61,488 nt of DNA, from the IMG/VR virus record IMGVR_UViG_3300029258_003973. The stretch is one strand, 5' to 3'. Source of the DNA: an uncultured virus (IMG/VR IMGVR_UViG_3300029258_003973). Its lineage: Duplodnaviria; Heunggongvirae; Uroviricota; Caudoviricetes. Each line of letters opens with the position of its first letter. The stretch's first letter is position 1. The notes under the pieces are model-generated. The model did not search any database, was not told the origin of the DNA, and worked only from the letters and a program-made list of their open reading frames with translations. The translations under genes were made by a program, and so were the position numbers. Below, piece by piece: positions 54,863 to 61,488 of this stretch.

Positions 54863-55708
54863 ATGGCTATCTTACCATCACAAGCTGAATATATTGCAAG
54901 AATATGTAATGAGAATAACATCAATGGATCAGTAATAACGATGGGAAGAACTGATGTTTTTGTTACTCTCCCCGAGTTAACAACAATACTGAAGAACCTG
55001 GGAATAGTATATGAAGACCACGAAGGTCTTGAATTCAAGGACATAAATAGAGGAAAGAAAGCAAACGAATTAATAAAGGCTAATAAACATTTGCGTAAGT
55101 CTTGTGGGAATCAGCGAGTAATTGGAGAATATGCAATAACCGACGAGTTCTTCTTCAATAGTTTAGGCTTTGATATAATTCAATGTATAGACCTAAACCC
55201 TAATGCCGGCAGGCCCACTATTGTTTTTGACATGAATGAAAGGGACATACTTCAGGCTACAAATAACATGAAGTATGATGCCGTTATTGATACAGGTGTT
55301 ATGGAGCATGTTTTTGATATTAGATCCTTCCTGTTGAACTGTACAGATCTCGCAAAAGATAACGGGCATCTGATCCATGTTATGATATCAAACAACACTA
55401 TGGATCACGGTTTCTACCAGTTTTCTCCGACTTTGTTCAAAGACTATTACACGGCTAACAAATACAGGGTAATTGATATTACACTTCTAGAACTATCAGA
55501 GAATAAGTTCATACCTACCGATTCCCCATGGATAAAACGATGGGAGTTCTACAGAACATGGAAATATGATCACAATCTCTTTAGTAAGAATAGTTTTGGA
55601 CAATTATCTAGCTCTATTTATTATACTATGATGTGTGCACAGAAGATTCCTGGGTGCGAAAGAAACATTGCGCCACAACAAGATAGAAAAGGATTATTAC
55701 CATGGTAG
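54863..55708 (+). CDS. SAM-dependent methyltransferase-like protein
   Basis: YDAVIDTGVMEHVFD...HGFYQFSP. Confidence 0.7.
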   Translation: MAILPSQAEYIARICNENNINGSVITMGRTDVFVTLPELTTILKNLGIVYEDHEGLEFKDINRGKKANELIKANKHLRKSCGNQRVIGEYAITDEFFFNSLGFDIIQCIDLNPNAGRPTIVFDMNERDILQATNNMKYDAVIDTGVMEHVFDIRSFLLNCTDLAKDNGHLIHVMISNNTMDHGFYQFSPTLFKDYYTANKYRVIDITLLELSENKFIPTDSPWIKRWEFYRTWKYDHNLFSKNSFGQLSSSIYYTMMCAQKIPGCERNIAPQQDRKGLLPW

Positions 55709-56403
55709 ATACTATACAGTCTTACAGAGAAAACATAGTCTTTGACCTGGGATTCTACAATGGACTAGATAGTTTATGGTATCTAGAGAAAGGATATCAA
55801 GTAGTGGCAGTGGAAGCCAATCCAGAACTTGCTGAGAGAGGAGCAAGGAAACTTGAGAAATTTATATGTGCTGGTCAGATTACTATTGTAAACGCAGCTC
55901 TTTCTGAAAGAGATGATGATCTTATAGATTTCTTTATAAATGATAATATGCTAGAATGGAGCAGTTGTAACAAACTCATGGCAGAGAGCGATGGTTCTAA
56001 CGCTAGAGTAGTAAGTGTTCGTTCCATAACGTTGATGAAGCTCATTGAAACATTCGGATTACCATACTATGTGAAATCAGACATAGAGGGGAACGATGGT
56101 GTTGTTGCTAGACAATTACTGGAACTACCTAAGAAACCACAGTATGTATCGTTTGAGATAGGCAAGAAGAACTACTATGATATCTTACCATGGTTGTATG
56201 TGTCTGGGTACAGCTCTTACCAACTAATAAACCAATTGCATACTCCAAAAGGTACCTCTGGTGCATTTGGAGAATATCTTGATGATGATAATTGGATATC
56301 ATTTGATAAGGCATTAGAGAGATATGTTAAATATAAGTTATTGAAAGAAGACGACAATGTTAATCTCGCTGTAGGATGGATAGATATACATGCAAAACTG
56401 TAA
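55702..56403 (+). CDS. FkbM-family methyltransferase
   Basis: VFDLGFYNG, VAVEANP, KSDIEG. Confidence 0.88.
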   Translation: MVDTIQSYRENIVFDLGFYNGLDSLWYLEKGYQVVAVEANPELAERGARKLEKFICAGQITIVNAALSERDDDLIDFFINDNMLEWSSCNKLMAESDGSNARVVSVRSITLMKLIETFGLPYYVKSDIEGNDGVVARQLLELPKKPQYVSFEIGKKNYYDILPWLYVSGYSSYQLINQLHTPKGTSGAFGEYLDDDNWISFDKALERYVKYKLLKEDDNVNLAVGWIDIHAKL

Positions 56404-58027
56404 CATTCTTTATATAATACCACCGAGTATTGGTATGGAGTACATAACTGATAGTTCTACAACTCGCTCTATTCCATCTCTCGCAGTTCCATACGGAATA
56501 CTGTCTATAGATACATACGTTAAGTCCAAAACAGAAATTCCCATACATTCTAATATTCTCGATCTTAATGAGATTATCATTTCAGAAATGGATCAGGCTA
56601 TTAATATAATAGACAATCTGGAAACTATTCTCGAGACCATGATAGAAGACGAGGAGAAGATAAATATATTTGCTATTTCTGCTCTCTTCAATACAAACTA
56701 CAGTTATCTAGAGGTCATATCTAAGACAGTGAAAAGACATACTCAAGATGCTCTATGTCTCATAGGAGGGGGACTAGCCACAAACATACCCCGTAGGATA
56801 ACAAGAGATTTTCCAGACATAGATGGAGTATGTTACTCAGAGGGAGAAATCCCATTTCTAAACCTCATACGTTCCATTGACAGGGGTACCAATCCAATAA
56901 CACATATGACCAAGAGTGTTTCATGGTACACTCAATATTCTACTAAGGATAAACGATTAGTTCCTCAACTAATTGACGATCTTGATGAAATACCTATATT
57001 GGACTATTCTCTGATAGATCTGTCAAAATACAGTAAGCGTTCCGTGAATAAAATAGAGCGAGGCCAAAGGACAGGTAATGAAATAACAATACATACTTCA
57101 AGAGGGTGCCCATATAATTGTATATATTGTGCTAATGGGTCAGTTCATGGTAAGAAAGTACGGTATATGAGCACCGAAAGAGTAATATCTGATATATCAA
57201 CACTAAGCAAACGTCACAACGCTGATGTTGTTATGATAGAAGATGATCATTTCCTATCTGATAGTAATAGGGCCATTGAAATACTGACAGAATTATCACG
57301 TAAAGAAATATCTATAGAGTACCCTAATGGCATTGCTGTAAAGCAATTGAATAGAAAGATGGTAGATGCTTTGCATAAGTCTGGGGTAAAAGAAGTACAA
57401 CTTGCCGTGGAGTCTTGTTCCGATAGGGTCCTAAAGAATATAATCAACAAACCACATACATTGCATGATATAAAGACCGCTGTAAGTTTGCTGAGGGAAA
57501 AAGATATACGAATTCATGCGTATATTGTTATAGGTATTCCTGGCGAAACCGATAAGGACCGGAAGGAGTCATTAGATAATATAATAGAAATAGGGTTCGA
57601 TTGGGTATACTATTTCATTGCTACACCAGTAGTAGGGAGTAGGCTGTATAATATATGCATAGAACATGGATATATAGATCCCAACGATATGTTTTCTAAT
57701 CATACTGTAAACAGAGGATGCATTACGGCTCCGGGAATATCCCCTAATGATATCGAAAAGATACAATACTTTATGAACTTGGAGACCAATTTTGTTAGAA
57801 ACCATAACATGAGAACTGGTAATACTGATCTAGCTATGCGGTATTTTAAGGATATTACCGATAGATACCCAGATCATGCCATGGCTTTCTACTTCTATGC
57901 AAAATGCCTAGAATTATCACCAGGGAGTAATGGTTCTGCTAGCAAGTATATGACCATAGCTAGAGATATTATATCAAGCAGCTTAGAATGGACATCGTAT
58001 TTTGATAAATTCAACATAGAGGTGTAA
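56390..58027 (+). CDS. B12-binding radical SAM (class B methyltransferase-like)
   Basis: PYG, IGGG, SEGE, TSRGCPYNCIYC, EDD, GIPGET. Confidence 0.9.
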   Translation: MQNCNILYIIPPSIGMEYITDSSTTRSIPSLAVPYGILSIDTYVKSKTEIPIHSNILDLNEIIISEMDQAINIIDNLETILETMIEDEEKINIFAISALFNTNYSYLEVISKTVKRHTQDALCLIGGGLATNIPRRITRDFPDIDGVCYSEGEIPFLNLIRSIDRGTNPITHMTKSVSWYTQYSTKDKRLVPQLIDDLDEIPILDYSLIDLSKYSKRSVNKIERGQRTGNEITIHTSRGCPYNCIYCANGSVHGKKVRYMSTERVISDISTLSKRHNADVVMIEDDHFLSDSNRAIEILTELSRKEISIEYPNGIAVKQLNRKMVDALHKSGVKEVQLAVESCSDRVLKNIINKPHTLHDIKTAVSLLREKDIRIHAYIVIGIPGETDKDRKESLDNIIEIGFDWVYYFIATPVVGSRLYNICIEHGYIDPNDMFSNHTVNRGCITAPGISPNDIEKIQYFMNLETNFVRNHNMRTGNTDLAMRYFKDITDRYPDHAMAFYFYAKCLELSPGSNGSASKYMTIARDIISSSLEWTSYFDKFNIEV

Positions 58028-58028
58028 C

Positions 58029-59147
58029 ATGAAGACACTAAGTATTCTCGAAGCGCTCTATGATATACAAAGCAGAGAAGTGATACTTCCTGTAGAAGAT
58101 ATAACAGAACCAGTAATAATATATGGCGCTGGAGAATTAGGACAGTTAGCTTCATCTGCCTTGACAGCTGCAGGGGTAGAGATTTCTCATGTTATAGATC
58201 GGGTAACATATCCTCCTAGGAAAGTAGGAGACCACAACGTAATTTCTGCATCGGATATCACTATAGATGAAATGATGAAGAGTACTACATTGATATGTGT
58301 ATCCAAATTTCCTCCAGATGAGATATCTCTATACCTAAATTCAAGAGGGTTTAAGGATGTAAGACCATTCTATAATGTGTCGTTCCTCTTTGGCGATAAA
58401 TATCCTATCAATAACGGATGGAATGGTAATGATATAGAGAAAGACCATATAAACAAGGTATATGATGTAATAGATCTCATGGGTGATAATATATCGGCAG
58501 CACACTACGTTAGGTTCCTATACTGGCATATGTTTAGAGAAGAGGTACTTGTAGAAGGCGCATTGATAAACGTAGACAACCGATACTTCATACCCGAGAT
58601 ACTCAGGATTCTAGGAGACAGTGAAGTGTTCGTGGACATAGGTGCGCATTGTGGTGCTGCTGTAGAAAGATTCAGACTATTTACTAGGAAGAATTATGAT
58701 AGTATATATGCGTTTGAACCCGATGATAGTAACTACGAGATATTACTCATGGGGAAATCAGACGATAGAGATAGTTATATAAAGACCGTACTTAGTAGCT
58801 CTGAGAAGGTTGTCAATTTCAAACACGGTTTGGGCTATGCTTCCAAGATAGCAGGAGACGGTATAGAATGTTATACTAGAACACTAGACAGCTTTCATAT
58901 CCCAGCTAGCATTATAAAGATACATGTTGAAGGACATGAGCTAGATGTTATACAGGGAGCTCAAGATACTATACAGAAGAATCGTCCTATAGTTATGGTT
59001 ACAACATATCACAATCCTGATGGGGTATATAAGATACCCATAAAACTGGCTGAGATATGTAGTGATTATATTATGTTGTTCAGATTACACAGTTATATGG
59101 GGACAGGTAGTGTAATATATATGGTACCAAAGGAGAGACTTTCCTAA
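58029..59147 (+). CDS. FkbM-family methyltransferase with N-terminal Rossmann-like domain
   Basis: IYGAGELG; FVDIGAHCG, AFEPD, IKIHVEGHE. Confidence 0.85.
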   Translation: MKTLSILEALYDIQSREVILPVEDITEPVIIYGAGELGQLASSALTAAGVEISHVIDRVTYPPRKVGDHNVISASDITIDEMMKSTTLICVSKFPPDEISLYLNSRGFKDVRPFYNVSFLFGDKYPINNGWNGNDIEKDHINKVYDVIDLMGDNISAAHYVRFLYWHMFREEVLVEGALINVDNRYFIPEILRILGDSEVFVDIGAHCGAAVERFRLFTRKNYDSIYAFEPDDSNYEILLMGKSDDRDSYIKTVLSSSEKVVNFKHGLGYASKIAGDGIECYTRTLDSFHIPASIIKIHVEGHELDVIQGAQDTIQKNRPIVMVTTYHNPDGVYKIPIKLAEICSDYIMLFRLHSYMGTGSVIYMVPKERLS

Positions 59148-59150
59148 CCA

Positions 59151-60479
59151 ATGGATATTATACACATAACACCACATGTTGGAGGAGGGGTAGGCAGTGT
59201 ACTGAACACATGGGTACACAATGATAATTACAACACACATGGAATTATATGCTTGGAGCCCCCCAATAGGGTTCCCGCCTACCTTGGGAAATGCATCCTT
59301 GATACTCAGAATACTAGACAACACGTGAGAAACGCCGATGTTGTTGTATTTCACTTGTGGAACAATCCACCCATGTATGACCTATTGACCGGTGTATCTG
59401 ACATTCATCTTCCTGATAAGTTCAGGGCCGTAGCATGGGGGCATTCCTCTGGAACATATCCTCCATACATGGTTTATTCTCGTCAAATATTATCTTACTT
59501 CGATAAGATAGTATTTACCTCCCCTATAAGTTACACTACTATATCTAAGCTTCAGCGGTCTCGGTACAAGAACAAATTGTGTTCCATATGGTCAACAAGT
59601 GGTCTGTGTATAGGGTCAGAACTATATAGACCAGGACTCAATATAACATACATAGGCTCTATGGATCTAAAGAAAATGGCACCATGGTTCTTCGATGCGT
59701 GCTATGATATTATTGCGCTGATAGACAACGTAAAGTTCCATATGGTGGGGGACGGGCCAGACCTTCACACTATGCGTAAAGATGTTATATCCAATGGGAG
59801 AAAGGACAACTTCATGTTCCATGGATATACCAAAGATATAAAGCAACTTCTAGCTATAACTAACGTGTTTGGCTATCCCCTATCTAGGTTTCACTTTGGC
59901 ACATGTGAACAGGTTATAGGGGAAGCCATGTCATGTGGAATACCAGTAGTATCAACAGACAACAAGGCTGAGTCATATATACTGAAGAATGGCCATTACG
60001 GTTTACTATCTAAAGACAAAGACACATACGTCAAGAATGTTATACAGCTCATACATGATGAAAGATTGTATGCTATTCTTGCTGAGAGATCTTTGGAAAG
60101 AGCTAAGGACTTATATTCAGTCGATAGAATGATCACACTATGGAACAGTCTACTTAAACAGGTAGCAGTACTGCCAAAGATAAAGAAACAATGGAGTGAC
60201 CGCAAAACGATAGCTAGAGGCTTCGATGTATTTTTGGAATCAATAGGAAAGTACAGCAGACTATTCTGCGATATTGATGACGACGCAAACTATACCATTA
60301 GTAAAGTGCTTAGGGTAACAGATACAACACCAAGTTGCTGGTCCGGGCCTAATAAAGGTACTCCTGAGCATTACATAAAGCATTATGTTAATAACTATAA
60401 TCTAAGAGATCAAAAGTTAGAGAGATGTGTAAACCAAATTAAGGAGAGGGAAGAGAAAAGCAATGAGAAATCCTATTGA
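59151..60479 (+). CDS. GT4 glycosyltransferase
   Basis: HVGGGVG, VGDG, EAMSCGIPVV. Confidence 0.88.
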   Translation: MDIIHITPHVGGGVGSVLNTWVHNDNYNTHGIICLEPPNRVPAYLGKCILDTQNTRQHVRNADVVVFHLWNNPPMYDLLTGVSDIHLPDKFRAVAWGHSSGTYPPYMVYSRQILSYFDKIVFTSPISYTTISKLQRSRYKNKLCSIWSTSGLCIGSELYRPGLNITYIGSMDLKKMAPWFFDACYDIIALIDNVKFHMVGDGPDLHTMRKDVISNGRKDNFMFHGYTKDIKQLLAITNVFGYPLSRFHFGTCEQVIGEAMSCGIPVVSTDNKAESYILKNGHYGLLSKDKDTYVKNVIQLIHDERLYAILAERSLERAKDLYSVDRMITLWNSLLKQVAVLPKIKKQWSDRKTIARGFDVFLESIGKYSRLFCDIDDDANYTISKVLRVTDTTPSCWSGPNKGTPEHYIKHYVNNYNLRDQKLERCVNQIKEREEKSNEKSY

Positions 60480-61215
60480 TACTTACCTTCAAGAAGCTGA
60501 ACAGAGAATACAGACATATCCCAAAGACAAACAACTAGTGGATAGTGCCAATGAGTTCAGAATACATACATGCAGAACTATGTATTCGTATAATTTCACG
60601 TGGGCAGGCATACCTATAATCCAAAACCCATGGGATATCCAAGCATTTCAAGAACTAGTATGGAAAGTCAAGCCAGAGGTTATAGTGGAAACGGGAATAG
60701 CCTTTGGCGGTTCTTTAATGTTAAGTTCTTCAATGCTGGGAATTCTAGAAGATTGTGGTATTATAACAGAAGGAATAGTAGTTGGAGTAGATATAGACAT
60801 AAGAGAACACAACAGAGTATCTATAAGAAATCATCCACTGTCCAAACGTATACATATGATAGAAGGATCTAGTGTAGAGCAGTATACAGTGTCTGAAGTG
60901 TCCAACATTGCGGATGGTAGAAAAACCCTAGTTTGCTTGGATAGTAGTCATACACATGAACATGTACTAGAAGAACTAAGTTTATATACTCCGCTGGTGA
61001 GCAAAGACAGTTACTGTATCGTGTATGACACTGGTATTTCGGAAGTTCCTGAGGATAAGTTAAGTCCAAGAGAATGGAATAGATACAGGAACCCAAAGAG
61101 CGCGGTGAATGAATTCCTGACAAATACCTCTGAGTTTGAAATAGACCGTTCTTTCGATAAGAAGTATCTTATTCCTGCTGCTGTTGGAGGCTATCTGAGG
61201 AGGATCCATGAGTAG
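60463..61215 (+). CDS. CmcI/cephalosporin-hydroxylase family (sugar O-methyltransferase)
   Basis: YSYNFTWAGIPIIQ.P.D, VETGIAFGGS, LDSSHTHEHV. Confidence 0.9.
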   Translation: MRNPIDTYLQEAEQRIQTYPKDKQLVDSANEFRIHTCRTMYSYNFTWAGIPIIQNPWDIQAFQELVWKVKPEVIVETGIAFGGSLMLSSSMLGILEDCGIITEGIVVGVDIDIREHNRVSIRNHPLSKRIHMIEGSSVEQYTVSEVSNIADGRKTLVCLDSSHTHEHVLEELSLYTPLVSKDSYCIVYDTGISEVPEDKLSPREWNRYRNPKSAVNEFLTNTSEFEIDRSFDKKYLIPAAVGGYLRRIHE

Positions 61216-61488
61216 AAAATATATTATAGGAATAACTTCTATAGATCGAAGTCCTGAAGAAAATTATCTTGCTGATACTCTAGCAAGCATGGATAGGTCA
61301 GGAATATTCAGATCAAAGATACCACATGAGGTACATATATTCGACTCCGGATCCCCAAATCTTGACTATATACCAAAGGACTATCCTGTTACTATTCATC
61401 TCCCGATGGAAGAAGAGGTATTAAAGATAAGGGAGATATACAAAGATCCGGAAAGAAATCACATTACTCTGAGACAAAACATGGTATG
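61208..61488 (+). CDS. partial gene, possibly glycosyltransferase-related (truncated by window end)
   Basis: MSRKYIIGITSIDR...NYLADTLAS...HIFDSGS; frame open to window end. Confidence 0.5.
   Translation, partial: MSRKYIIGITSIDRSPEENYLADTLASMDRSGIFRSKIPHEVHIFDSGSPNLDYIPKDYPVTIHLPMEEEVLKIREIYKDPERNHITLRQNMV

Noticed and set aside
1..61488. Stop-codon reassignment (common in large phages)
   Set aside because: Core genes (PolB, NrdD, RNAP) are full length in the standard code, and TAG, TGA and TAA all end genes at coupled junctions

Overview
A gene-dense segment of a large bacteriophage in the standard genetic code, with Shine-Dalgarno sites, a tmRNA and an anaerobic ribonucleotide reductase pointing to an anaerobic bacterial host. 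No virion structural genes are recognisable. Bases ~1.8-52.3 kb run almost entirely on the minus strand. They encode a replication/nucleotide-metabolism module (family B DNA polymerase, DnaX-like clamp loader, probable beta-clamp, UvrD helicase, NrdDG, dUTPase, Cas4-like nuclease, RecA-like protein, WGR-fused ATP-dependent ligase, two UDG-family proteins) and a single-chain RNA polymerase carrying both beta and beta' catalytic motifs. They also hold a tightly coupled operon (SSB-like, ClpB-like ATPase, retron-type RT with YSDN instead of YxDD, hypothetical, MoxR-like AAA, VWA-metallopeptidase, hypothetical, coiled-coil protein) that ends in a ~560-nt non-coding tract with two circularly permuted tRNA-like domains and a third aberrant tRNA-like element. 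Other RNAs are tmRNA, tRNA-Tyr, an initiator-like tRNA-Met with a ~55-nt variable-arm insert, a 259-nt tRNA-framed RNA, a structured ~270-nt RNA, and a TCAAG-repeat RNA behind a second coiled-coil gene. From 52.4 kb a divergent plus-strand, AT-richer sugar-modification cluster begins. All protein-family calls come from motif recognition by eye and all RNA folds were paired by hand; no searches were run.
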